Positions 1 to 9,406 of a stretch of 64,000 nt of DNA are shown piece after piece. This DNA is from Candidatus Poribacteria bacterium. Its GTDB lineage: Bacteria; Poribacteria; WGA-4E; WGA-3G. The stretch is from positions 2,784,001-2,848,000 of the forward strand of contig OZ219753.1 in assembly GCA_964291315.2 (NCBI GenBank), in the 5' to 3' direction. The stretch's first letter is position 1, and each line of letters begins with the position of its first letter. The position numbers and the translations under genes are program-made. The notes under the pieces are model-generated. The model saw only the letters and a program-made list of their open reading frames with translations, was not told the origin of the DNA and ran no database searches.

Positions 1-1
1 T

Positions 2-124
2 GTAGAAGTTGCGGGTGTCACCCGCGGGGCGATGTTGGAAGATGAAGCCGCTACCGGTCCGCTGATGTTGCAGGGTGACCATGGCCCTGTAGCCTTCCGC
101 AATGTCGTGCTGAAACCGGTTTGA
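2..124 (+). CDS. C-terminal fragment of a DUF1080 / 3-keto-disaccharide hydrolase family protein (truncated by window start)
   Basis: Manual translation from base 2 gives VEVAGVTRGAMLEDEAATGPLMLQGDHGPVAFRNVVLKPV*. GPxxLQGDHGPVxFRN is the typical C-terminus of this family. Confidence 0.75.
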   Translation, partial: VEVAGVTRGAMLEDEAATGPLMLQGDHGPVAFRNVVLKPV

Positions 125-164
125 GCTATCTCAGCAAGAAATATATATATGGTAAGGAGACGTT

Positions 165-1223
165 ATGGAAAGACTAAAGCTTGGCGTTGTGGGTGCTGGT
201 GGCATTGTTTGTCGGATGCACTTGCCTGACCTTGTGCGGGGCAGCGATTTTGAAGTAAGTGTCATCGGGGGCAGACGGGAGCATCGTCTTAAGCATCAGT
301 GTCAGGAATTTGGCATCCCGCGCTGGACTCAGGACTATGAATCGATCGTTGCGGATGACACCTTGGACGCTATTTTGATTGGTACGCCGCATCCGTTGCA
401 TGTTTCGTGGGGGGTGAAAGCGCTTGAAGCGGGCAGACATGTGCTTATGCAAAAACCGCTCTGTGGTGATATGGACGAAGCGAACCGGTTTGTTGATGTC
501 ACTGAAGCGAGTGGTAAAACGGTGATGTGTCTCCCGCATTTCAACGCTGCTATCTACAAAATTCGTCAGTTGATTGCAGAAGAGGCAATCGGGCGTGTTT
601 CTGGGGCGCGGATGCGGAGCAGCCACGGTGGTCCCGAAATCTACTATGCCGAGATTCGTGATATTTTCGGTGAGACTGGAGACGATTTGTGGTTTTTTGA
701 CGCTAAGCAGGCGAGCGTTGGTGCGCTTTTTGACATGGGGGTCTACGCTGTTTCGGGTTTGGTTGCCATGCTGGGTACGTTTAAACGGGTAACCGGGCTT
801 GTGTCGACGTTTGACAAACCGACAGAGTTAGAAGATGTTGGCACGCTTGTGCTTGAGATGCAATCGGGTGGTATTGTCACTGCGGAGACGAGTTGGTGCG
901 ATCCTGCGCGGACGGGGGAAGCGAGCGTACACGGGACGGCGGGCAAATTCACGATGCCCGGCAAAGATGGTGCCACGCTCAGTCAGTGGACCCCGACGTC
1001 TTACACACGCGAGCACGCGCCAGTAGATGTCAAATCGGTTGACTGCTCAGATGCTGCTCCAAGCGGGATGCATGAACACTTCGCAGCGCATATCCGTGAA
1101 GGCACACAACCGCCGCTCTCAAACGTGTATACAGCGCGTCACGTCACTGAAATTTTGCTTGCGGGTCTTGAATCTTCGGCAGCGGGTAGGACAATAGAAC
1201 TGACAACAGAAGCGGACAAGTAG
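165..1223 (+). CDS. Gfo/Idh/MocA family NAD(P)-dependent oxidoreductase
   Basis: N-terminal GVVGAGGI Rossmann motif, HVLMQKP (EKP-like), GALFDMGVY; AGGAG RBS upstream. Confidence 0.9.
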   Translation: MERLKLGVVGAGGIVCRMHLPDLVRGSDFEVSVIGGRREHRLKHQCQEFGIPRWTQDYESIVADDTLDAILIGTPHPLHVSWGVKALEAGRHVLMQKPLCGDMDEANRFVDVTEASGKTVMCLPHFNAAIYKIRQLIAEEAIGRVSGARMRSSHGGPEIYYAEIRDIFGETGDDLWFFDAKQASVGALFDMGVYAVSGLVAMLGTFKRVTGLVSTFDKPTELEDVGTLVLEMQSGGIVTAETSWCDPARTGEASVHGTAGKFTMPGKDGATLSQWTPTSYTREHAPVDVKSVDCSDAAPSGMHEHFAAHIREGTQPPLSNVYTARHVTEILLAGLESSAAGRTIELTTEADK

Positions 1224-1245
1224 TTAGGCGGGGAGACAGGTGTGT

Positions 1246-1278
1246 TTCATGTAGGCGCGGACAATGCGCCTACATGAA
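1246..1278. terminator. 13-bp perfect inverted repeat between convergent genes (bidirectional terminator or GTAG-type REP-like)
   Basis: TTCATGTAGGCGC (1246-1258) / GCGCCTACATGAA (1266-1278). Confidence 0.7.
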
Positions 1279-1291
1279 GGTTCTCAAACGG

Positions 1292-1729
1292 TTAGCCTAA
1301 GCTGGCGTGAAATTCGTACCAGTCATCGAGGTTGTTGAGATTGACAGCGTCCAAGATAGAGCCGTGGTCTTCAATACCGTTCGCGCTGAGGATGCTTCCA
1401 CGGGTATCGTCGTCGTGATTGTACCCGGAAATTGCGGCGTTTAATGTATCAACGGCTGCTTGATCAAGAGTTCCGCCGTTCTGTTCCAAAACCCATGCCT
1501 CAAATTGCGGGTAGGTGGGCGAATTGTCGCTGATATATGCCAACGTGGTGTTCTTGTCGAGTCCAAGTGCATCTAATACCATTTGATCAAAGCCTGCGCC
1601 GCAAGCTGGGTAATCTTCATGTAGCACCCCTTTAGCGTCCATCAGCGCTTTTGACCAAAATCGGGGGAGGTGTAACACGCCGAGCGGTCCAGCAACCCCG
1701 GAACTAATTGTGGGAATCCTTCCTGCCAT
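1292..1729 (-). CDS. DUF5069-like conserved protein
   Basis: GPLGVLHLPRFWSK, DY..CG.GFDQMVL and C-terminal LDDW motifs; start moved to ATG 1729, which follows an AGGAG RBS. Confidence 0.65.
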   Translation of the reverse strand: MAGRIPTISSGVAGPLGVLHLPRFWSKALMDAKGVLHEDYPACGAGFDQMVLDALGLDKNTTLAYISDNSPTYPQFEAWVLEQNGGTLDQAAVDTLNAAISGYNHDDDTRGSILSANGIEDHGSILDAVNLNNLDDWYEFHASLG

Positions 1730-1859
1730 TTCATTTCTCCTTTTTTGAAACGTTAGAAATAGAGAGTCGTTGCACAATAGGCGCTATTGCCTCTCGTTTA
1801 AGATACAGTGGTATTGTAGCACAACCTGTAAAGAAGTCAAGGAAAATTTGAAACATCTA

Positions 1860-3122
1860 TCACTCACGTATTTGACCGTCTCCGTATACGATGTACTTAT
1901 AAGTCGTTAACCCTTCAAGACCCATAGGCCCGCGGGAGTGGAGTTTTTGGGTGCTGATGCCGACTTCTGCTCCCAATCCGAATTCATAGCCGTCGGTGAA
2001 GACGGTGCTTGCGTTGACGTAGACAGCGGCAGAATCTACCTCTTTGAGGAACCGTTGTGCTGCGCTATAACTTTCGGTGATAATTGCATCGGAATGGTGT
2101 GATCCGTAGGTCTCAATGTGGTCAATTGCTGTGCTTATGTCGTCTACAACTCGGATAGATAAGATGTAATCGAGGTATTCGGTTCTCCAATCCTCTTCGG
2201 TTGCAGGTTTCGCCTTGGGACAGAGGGATTGTGTGCGTTTGCAGCCGCGAATTTCGACATTGGCATCCTGTAGGGACTCACAAAAAGTTGGAAGGAACTT
2301 GTCGGCTGTATCGGTATGGACAAGGAGTGTTTCTACTGCGTTGCAGACGGCGACTTTGTATCCGACTTTCGCGTTGATACAGATGTTGTGTGCCATTTCA
2401 GTGTCAGCGGTCTTGTCAACGTAGATATGACAGATACCGTCGGCGTGCCCGAGCACTGGGACATCGGATTCTTTCATCAAAGATTGGACGAATTCGTTGC
2501 TGCCGCGCGGAATGACGAGGTCGATGGACTCCGGTAGACGGATGAGCTCGTAGACCGCCTGCCGATCGGTGGTGTTAACAAACTGTATGGAATCTGGCAC
2601 TCCTTCTGCGGTGGCGGTATCGCTGAGGATGCTTGCAAGTGTTGCATTGGAGTGAATTGCCTCGGAACCGCCCCGGAGGATAACGCCGTTGCCGGATTTG
2701 ATACAGAGGGCGGATACTTCGACGGTAACGTCCGGGCGCGATTCATACACGACGGCGACAACCCCGATAGGGACGCGGACTGTACCGATTCTGAGTCCGT
2801 TTGGGCGTTCTGCCATGCTGATGACTGCTCCGATCGGGTCGGGAAGTGCGGCAACTTGGCGGAGGTTGTCTACCATTCGTTCTATTTTTTTGTCGTCGAG
2901 TAAGAGACGTTGCATGAGCGGAGCGGCGAGTCCTATCTTTTCGCCATTTTCAAGATCGATGCGGTTGGCTGCCTGAATTTTGTCTTTGGAATTCTGCAAG
3001 TTTTCAGCCATGGCTAAGAGTGCATGATTCCGGATGTCTGCGGAGCTTCGGGATAGAATCCGCATCGCTGATTTTGCCTTCCGCGCTTGTGATTGGATGA
3101 GTTGTTGGATGTTTTGGGGCAT
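1860..3122 (-). CDS. proA: Glutamate-5-semialdehyde dehydrogenase
   Basis: PIGVVAVVYESRP, LRGGSEA, CNAVET, EFGLGAEVGISTQKLHSRGPMGL; start at ATG 3122 (MPQN). Confidence 0.97.
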   Translation of the reverse strand: MPQNIQQLIQSQARKAKSAMRILSRSSADIRNHALLAMAENLQNSKDKIQAANRIDLENGEKIGLAAPLMQRLLLDDKKIERMVDNLRQVAALPDPIGAVISMAERPNGLRIGTVRVPIGVVAVVYESRPDVTVEVSALCIKSGNGVILRGGSEAIHSNATLASILSDTATAEGVPDSIQFVNTTDRQAVYELIRLPESIDLVIPRGSNEFVQSLMKESDVPVLGHADGICHIYVDKTADTEMAHNICINAKVGYKVAVCNAVETLLVHTDTADKFLPTFCESLQDANVEIRGCKRTQSLCPKAKPATEEDWRTEYLDYILSIRVVDDISTAIDHIETYGSHHSDAIITESYSAAQRFLKEVDSAAVYVNASTVFTDGYEFGLGAEVGISTQKLHSRGPMGLEGLTTYKYIVYGDGQIRE

Positions 3123-3368
3123 AGTGTTCCTTCTAATGCTCAAGCGATAGATAATTAGGGGCTGGTTAATATTATAATGCAACACCTATAAAATTTGCAA
3201 GGGGGTTTGTAGTCAAACAGGATAGTATGCCAGGACTGGAATTTGGGAATCTTTGACCTTATTATATTTCTCTACTATACGCTCGACTTGCAATGCAATC
3301 TGGATAATGAAGCTGCATGTGTCTATTTTTCCTTGTGAGGCGTGCTATGGCAGTGAATTTATCCGAGG

Positions 3369-4202
3369 CTAAAGCAAGAGACGTAATCTATCTTCTGCGA
3401 CTTTGCAGTATTCGGGGGATATGTCTATTCCTATGTAGGAACGTTGATGTTTAAATGCGGCGACACAGGTTGTTCCGACACCTGAGAATGGGTCCAAAAT
3501 AATATCGCCTTTGAAACTGAACAGTTTTAGGACTCGGTGTGCTAATTCCTCGGGGAACATTGCGGGGTGTTTGAATTTTCCCATATTTCGTTCGGGTGCG
3601 ATTGTCCACTTTGCGGTTACCCACTCTTTGAATGAGTTGGCATCAATATCGGCATTTTTTGGGTCGCCTGCTTTTTTTAAATTTCCCTTGCAAAAGACCT
3701 CTAAGAACTCCCATGTGTATTTGAGATAGGGGCTAGATGGGCTTTTCCAGCTACCCCAGGCTGTGAATTTGCAGTTGTAGTGGTTTTTCTCCCATAAGAT
3801 CTCACCTTTCCAGATAAGTTTTTTCTGCATAAAGTGTTGAGAGATAAGATGATGTGTTGGAATGTAGTCTGAAAATAGGGGCTGAATGTTAACGATGATC
3901 CGTCCGCCATATTTCAAGACTCTGATACATTCATCAAAGATAGAGAATAGTACTTTGAAGTAAGAATCCCATGCGAAGGCATCTTCGGTATTCTCATAGT
4001 CGAGTCCGAAGTTGTAGGGCGGTGACGTGAAAATGAGGTCGATACAATTATCCGGTAGATTCTTGAGGACGACTTCTGAGTCGCCACAGATAATTTTATC
4101 GGTAAACCCAGGCGGCAGCGGGTTGTTTGCCTTTGTCCAATTATGGGTGTTGGCGTAATAGTGCTTTCCACGTGCTGCTTCTTTCTCTTTTCTGTTTTCC
4201 AC
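3369..4202 (-). CDS. Beta-class site-specific DNA methyltransferase (N4/N6 family, SPPY, likely m4C)
   Basis: Motif IV TSPPY precedes HPAMFP and motif I DPFSGVGTT; lies directly downstream of res. Confidence 0.9.
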   Translation of the reverse strand: MENRKEKEAARGKHYYANTHNWTKANNPLPPGFTDKIICGDSEVVLKNLPDNCIDLIFTSPPYNFGLDYENTEDAFAWDSYFKVLFSIFDECIRVLKYGGRIIVNIQPLFSDYIPTHHLISQHFMQKKLIWKGEILWEKNHYNCKFTAWGSWKSPSSPYLKYTWEFLEVFCKGNLKKAGDPKNADIDANSFKEWVTAKWTIAPERNMGKFKHPAMFPEELAHRVLKLFSFKGDIILDPFSGVGTTCVAAFKHQRSYIGIDISPEYCKVAEDRLRLLL

Positions 4203-4217
4203 TTTGCGTTCTCTGTT

Positions 4218-6785
4218 TTATTTATCATCATTCAGCTGAGCGGAAATTTCAAGAAATTTATTCTCGCTGAATATCAATTGAAACATGCCTTTCCGTTTAG
4301 GTCCATCATGTACGACCATAGTTCCGGCGGCATTGAAAGCGCCCTCAAGCGTTTCCAGCACTTTGCGTTTATATTCGGTGTCAAGGTTGCCTGCAAGATG
4401 TTCTCCCTTTGTGTCAAAAATTAGGACGCGGGTTCCGCCGCTGGCTTCATTCGCCATGGCGACGAAATCGGGATAGATGCGTCCCTGTTTCCAACCTTGC
4501 AAGTAGTACTCACCGCGTTGACGCGCGGCGACTCGGTGCCACCATCGCAATGCTTTTTCTTCATCAAGATAGTAGGCAAATTTCTTTTCCAACTCGCTAT
4601 CAAATTGCTGTTCAAATACCGGCTCAAATAGACTTAGCTGCACGGGTTCATAGTTGCTGGTGAGTAGCGGTCTATCCTCCGTGTGTACGTGTATTTTGTA
4701 GCTATCCACTATTCGATAATTGGGTTCCCGCGTTTCTAAGTCAAATCGGATTTCGCCGCAATCGAGTTTGTTACGGAAGACCTGCTCCGCCTGTTTTTCG
4801 ACGGTGTGTTTTACGTGCTCACGCAGGAGATGTGCAAGGTAGGAGCGTCTATCGTAAATTTCGGATTCAGTTGTGCCTTGGGCTGTAAGCGTTTCGTGTA
4901 GCTGTTGTGCAACGCGAGCGGCTTGCCAGAGATTCGGTATAATATCAGACAGGCGTCGCGCGAAATCGGAAACTCCGAAGGTTTTGTCAATGTGGGGTTC
5001 TTGGTCGGGATGGAAAACAGGCGCTGTCTCGTCAACGTCCACGGTTGCAGATTGGCGTCGGACGCTTTGGGAGGCGGAGTCCGCTGGATCCGGCGGTTCA
5101 ATTGCACACCAATCTATATGAGGTAAGATATGTGCTTGATAATTGAGGCGTATCCAATTGCCGCGGCGATCTTTATGGAGTACCATGGGTAGGTAAATAG
5201 ACTGATTCTGAAATCTTTCACGGCGCTTTATAGACTGCGTCTGAATTTCTTGTTTATCCGCTAATTGTTGTGAATTTGATGCCCCCATTACTTCGTTTCC
5301 TAAACCGGTGAGTCCTTCGGATTCCAAGCCATTTTTGACTTGTGTGACAACGGTTCCGACCTCAACGTTATTGCAGTAGACGTAACACTGGTCCAATAGC
5401 TCGTTCCCGGTGCGTTGTGCATGTGGCTGTCGCATCACACGGCCCACGAGCTGCGTAATAGCTCTTTGTGCCTGTGTATTGTCGAGCATTACCAAGAGAT
5501 AGGCGAACGGGCAGTCCCATCCTTCCATGAGTGCGGATTTGGTGATGATCCAGCGGACCGGGGACAATTCTGAGAGGAGGTTTTCGCGTCCTAGTTCATC
5601 GTTTTCGGCTGACTTAACGCGAATTGCGTCCGGTGGTAATCCGAGTCTTATAAGGTATTCCCGAACATCTTCGGCATGGATATGATCTGTATCTCGTTGG
5701 TCTTTTCCGGTTCGTTCTACTCGTACAACGGCAATAGGGCGGATATATCGCCCGGTGCTGTTTTCAAAGGCCTTGGCTTCGGCATCAAGTCGTTCAAGCT
5801 CATCGACTGCTTGACTCAGTGTGAGCTGCCACTCGGCATTCGGGAACGAAGTTACCTGCACCGGCAGCTTAATCATCTCTTCTTTTTTGAGATCGGGGCC
5901 GCCGATATCTACGAGAAGATTGCTGATACCGCGGTTGGGCGTGGCAGAGAGTTCAATGACCATACGCGGGTCAAGGCGGTTGATGGATTTGGCAAATTCT
6001 TCGTTTGACACCCGATTTCTTGCGCCATAGGCTTTATGGGCCTCGTCTAAGACGACGACAGGCTGGAGCACCTTGAACACGTTGAACAAGCTCTGTTTGA
6101 TGAGGCCTCGTTCGGTATGACACTCCAGATCTGGATACATATTCAGCATTTCCGTATTGCGAAAGATTTCGTCTATGTCTGGGAAAAAAGTGGGATAGCG
6201 ACCCGTATCCCGAAACATCCGCAGGAATTCTTTGCCTTTCTGACGGTTTGCTGATGGCAACATGAGGAGCATGACACAGAGATAATTGGCAATGTCGTCT
6301 CTGTTGAAAGGGTCCTCTTTTTCGAGGAGCTTGATTCGCCCGCCACTTGCCCGGTTCAACATCTTACGGTACGGGTGTTGTTTGTTCCATAAGGCGGCTT
6401 TCGTTTGAGTATAGATTGCCTTGCTGGGCACAATCCACAGAACCAGACCGCGCTGCCAAGGCAGATGCTCTAACGCAGCGGCAGCAAGCAAGGTTTTACC
6501 GCCTCCCGTGGGAACTTTGAAGCAGATATGGGGTATAGGGCGGTTTGCATCATCGGTGCGGTCAACATATTCGCCGGCGGTCGCTGGAACGGCGTCGTTT
6601 TCTCTTAATTTTTTCCACGCAGCTTTCGGATAATTCCGCAACTCATCGGGGATCGGAATGTCAGTCGGTGTTTGTCTGAACACCTCCATCATTTTTTCTA
6701 ATTCATGTTGTGTCTCTGCAAGCGTCTCTAACCAACGTGCCAAGGCATCAAGGGCCTCGCGTTGATATTCTTTCAGTTCCATCAT
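4218..6785 (-). CDS. res: Type III restriction enzyme Res subunit (DEAH helicase plus PD-(D/E)xK nuclease)
   Basis: Walker A VPTGGGKT, LDEAH, SATP, LMEGWDCP, QLVGRVMR; C-terminal YPDF...FDTKG; adjacent to mod genes. Confidence 0.9.
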   Translation of the reverse strand: MMELKEYQREALDALARWLETLAETQHELEKMMEVFRQTPTDIPIPDELRNYPKAAWKKLRENDAVPATAGEYVDRTDDANRPIPHICFKVPTGGGKTLLAAAALEHLPWQRGLVLWIVPSKAIYTQTKAALWNKQHPYRKMLNRASGGRIKLLEKEDPFNRDDIANYLCVMLLMLPSANRQKGKEFLRMFRDTGRYPTFFPDIDEIFRNTEMLNMYPDLECHTERGLIKQSLFNVFKVLQPVVVLDEAHKAYGARNRVSNEEFAKSINRLDPRMVIELSATPNRGISNLLVDIGGPDLKKEEMIKLPVQVTSFPNAEWQLTLSQAVDELERLDAEAKAFENSTGRYIRPIAVVRVERTGKDQRDTDHIHAEDVREYLIRLGLPPDAIRVKSAENDELGRENLLSELSPVRWIITKSALMEGWDCPFAYLLVMLDNTQAQRAITQLVGRVMRQPHAQRTGNELLDQCYVYCNNVEVGTVVTQVKNGLESEGLTGLGNEVMGASNSQQLADKQEIQTQSIKRRERFQNQSIYLPMVLHKDRRGNWIRLNYQAHILPHIDWCAIEPPDPADSASQSVRRQSATVDVDETAPVFHPDQEPHIDKTFGVSDFARRLSDIIPNLWQAARVAQQLHETLTAQGTTESEIYDRRSYLAHLLREHVKHTVEKQAEQVFRNKLDCGEIRFDLETREPNYRIVDSYKIHVHTEDRPLLTSNYEPVQLSLFEPVFEQQFDSELEKKFAYYLDEEKALRWWHRVAARQRGEYYLQGWKQGRIYPDFVAMANEASGGTRVLIFDTKGEHLAGNLDTEYKRKVLETLEGAFNAAGTMVVHDGPKRKGMFQLIFSENKFLEISAQLNDDK

Positions 6786-6797
6786 GTTAGCGTCTCT

Positions 6798-7322
6798 CTA
6801 CCTTTCGTGGAGTGCATCGGGAAGTTGGCAGAATACGATGCGCATGCGGGTGAGTTCCCGCTGCCCTATGTAATTGCCTGCTGCATAGACTATCGCCTTT
6901 CTGCCGGTCTGATCGCTCGCCTCCCGCACCCGCTCTGCACGCTCAATGTTGAGAATAGCGGCATCGCTGCGGAGGTATGCAAGATCGGGTTTGTAAATGA
7001 GATAATAGTCGTTTTCAGCGTCGCTGTGAAAAAGTCCGTCGTCATTTTTCGCCGTCAATGCGTTGGATCCGACAGAGGTGCCGGAGGTGGTATATAAGAG
7101 GTTTGCGGCGAGTGCGGCATATGAGGGCAGAGCCTCTCCGGTGAGCATTGTCTCTACCTCCATCGGTTTTCCGAGGGTGCAGTAAGTGAACGATCCGCCC
7201 AGGCCGTCGCGAAGAGCGGTGTCTCGGGCCTTAGGGACACCTTTGATGACGCGTCTGACGCGTTCCGCGGTGATGGTATCGGCATAGTTTTCGCACTCGA
7301 TGAGGATAAACTTCCGATTGCC
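6798..7322. repeat. mod C-terminal direct repeat, copy A (partner 8882-9406, offset 2084)
   Basis: Visually identical apart from a few substitutions near the stop codon. Confidence 0.95.
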
Positions 7323-8416
7323 ACCATCCTCTCTGTTTAAAGCAAGAACGGCGTGGGCAGTGCTACCGCTACCAGCGAAGGAATCAAGGATAATAGCATC
7401 TTTGCTGTTTAACAACTCAAGTAAAAACTGAATAAATCTCACGGGTTTGGGCTGGGGGAAAACACCACCTTCACCAAATATATGCGAAGTTCGCGTGTCC
7501 CTTCAGAATTAAAACCTACAATTTCTGGTGAAAGGAATACGTCTGGCGGCTGCCCTTCTTGAACTTCAGACAGATAGCGTTTTACCCTCGGTTCATTGCC
7601 CGAAAAATCTATACGGCCCTCACTTTCCATACGGCGCAATGTTTCTTGCGCATAACGTGGATGCTGTCCAGAAGGGGGTGACCATACAACCCCATTTTTA
7701 AAAGTGAATGTGTAGGACGGGTAATAGTTTCTAGCACTGAGTGGATCAAGTTTATATTTGCCCCTCCCATCATTATCGTCATGCCGATAATTCGCTGACT
7801 TATCGATAACATAACGAATATATCGACTCTTATCTTCTCCAAACCATGATTTTTCTTTAGCATAGACCAAAGTGTAGTCAGCATTCAGATTAAAATCCTT
7901 GCTGGAGTTACGCACAGTATGCATTGCCCGTCGCGTAAGCACTGCAAAAAAGTTTTTCTCATCGAAAATCTCATTCATCAACATTCGGAGGTGGTGTACT
8001 TCATTGTCGTCAATAGAGACGAAAATGATACCGTCTTCTGAGAGGAGTTCCTTAAGAAGATGCAGCCTCGGCCACATCATGCAGAGCCATTTATCGTGGC
8101 GTTCCAAGTCCTCGTTATCCACGGGGGCGTTCTCCGTCAACCACTGCTGCATAAGGGGGCTATTCACGTTATCGTTATAGACCCAGTTCTCGTTGCCAGT
8201 GTTATAGGGTGGATCGATGTAGACGCACTTGATACGATTGGCATAGCGTGGGAGCAGTGCTTTGAGGGCGTGTAGGTTGTCTCCGTGAATAATGAGGTTG
8301 TCATCTGTATCGGATGGGTTGCAAGAGCGGTTTTCATCGGGTTCGAGGGGTCGATAAGGCACGGTGAGGTGGTGTGCGTAGATGTGCTGTTTGCCTTTGA
8401 ATTCAAGGGTCGGCAT
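6798..8416 (-). pseudogene. mod: Type III Mod methyltransferase allele 2, split by a single frameshift near 7478-7483
   Basis: ORF 8416-7439 carries DPPY and the TRD; ORF 7442-6798 carries FAGSG and the C-terminal domain. The -1 frame reads ELR-x-IFGEGGVFPQPKPVRF, matching KSIFGKKVFDNSKPVEL in allele 1. Confidence 0.85.
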
Positions 8417-8448
8417 ACCGGGAACTCCTTTAGAAAAGCACCAATGGA
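8015..8448. repeat. mod N-terminal and RBS direct repeat, copy A (partner about 10115-10548, offset 2100)
   Basis: Same protein sequence with scattered synonymous changes; similarity extends about 30 bp upstream of the ATG. Confidence 0.92.
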
Positions 8449-8491
8449 ATAATGCATAAACGCTGCTTTTATAGGGTAACGTGTGGCGCTA

Positions 8492-8719
8492 CTATTCAGG
8501 TGCTTTCAGCTGTGAAGCGGAGAAACTCAGGCACTTATACATTTGTCCATTGTGGTCGCTAAATTCTACTTCAAATGCTTCTCCGTTTGAAAGGATTTCA
8601 ACGACGGTGCCGCTTTCTCCGCGTTTGAGATTATGATTAGGTAAGCCTTGTGTGAGCGCGACAACATCCAGAAGTTTGATTTTGTTTTTTTGAGTGTGTG
8701 CATGCTTGTGTTCAGGCAA
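8492..8719 (-). CDS. DUF4926 domain small protein
   Basis: LLDVVAL...LKRGESGTVVEIL...FEVEFSDxNG is the DUF4926 pattern. Confidence 0.8.
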   Translation of the reverse strand: MPEHKHAHTQKNKIKLLDVVALTQGLPNHNLKRGESGTVVEILSNGEAFEVEFSDHNGQMYKCLSFSASQLKAPE

Positions 8720-8763
8720 TTTCAGCTTGTTCTCATCTATCTTGCTTTCAATTTGTTTAGTTA

Positions 8764-8793
8764 ATTATACTCAATTTGTTAAGCGGTTGTCAA
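8764..8793 (-). promoter_or_regulatory. Sigma70-type promoter for the DUF4926-mod2-res-MTase unit
   Basis: Minus strand TTGACA (8793-8788), 18-nt spacer, TATAAT (8769-8764). Confidence 0.65.
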
Positions 8794-8861
8794 GGTTTTC
8801 CGGTGGGTATCCGGACCAAGCATTTGATCGACAGGTAGTGCTGCGGACCCGCAATTGGCAC

Positions 8862-8885
8862 CGGCACATGGAGTGTGCCTATTAC
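8862..8885. repeat. REP-like palindrome overlapping the mod1 stop codon
   Basis: GGCACA-TGGAG-TGTGCC hairpin; the minus strand reads GTAATAGGCACACTCCATGTGCCG. Confidence 0.45.
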
Positions 8886-9406
8886 CTTTCGTGGAGTGCA
8901 TCGGGAAGTTGGCAGAATATAATGCGCATGCGGGTGAGTTCCCGCTGTCCTATGTAATTGCCTGCTGCATAGACTATCGCCTTTCTGCCGGTCTGATCGC
9001 TCGCCTCCCGCACCCGCTCTGCACGCTCAATGTTGAGAATAGCGGCATCGCTGCGGAGGTATGCAAGATCGGGTTTGTAAATGAGATAATAGTCGTTTTC
9101 AGCGTCGCTGTGAAAAAGTCCGTCGTCATTTTTCGCCGTCAATGCGTTGGATCCGACAGAGGTGCCGGAGGTGGTATATAAGAGGTTTGCGGCGAGTGCG
9201 GCATATGAGGGCAGAGCCTCTCCGGTGAGCATTGTCTCTACCTCCATCGGTTTTCCGAGGGTGCAGTAAGTGAACGATCCGCCCAGGCCGTCGCGAAGAG
9301 CGGTGTCTCGGGCCTTAGGGACACCTTTGATGACGCGTCTGACGCGTTCCGCGGTGATGGTATCGGCATAGTTTTCGCACTCGATGAGGATAAACTTCCG
9401 ATTGCC
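8882..9406. repeat. mod C-terminal direct repeat, copy B
   Basis: Near-identical to 6798-7322. Confidence 0.95.

Noticed and set aside
7454-7462. Canonical -1 programmed ribosomal frameshift site
   Set aside because: There is no in-frame X XXY YYZ heptamer, and homology places the break about 20 nt earlier in the gene.
6762-9181. Duplicated plus-strand ORFs 6762-7097 and 8855-9181
   Set aside because: They are antisense shadows of the repeated mod 3' arms.
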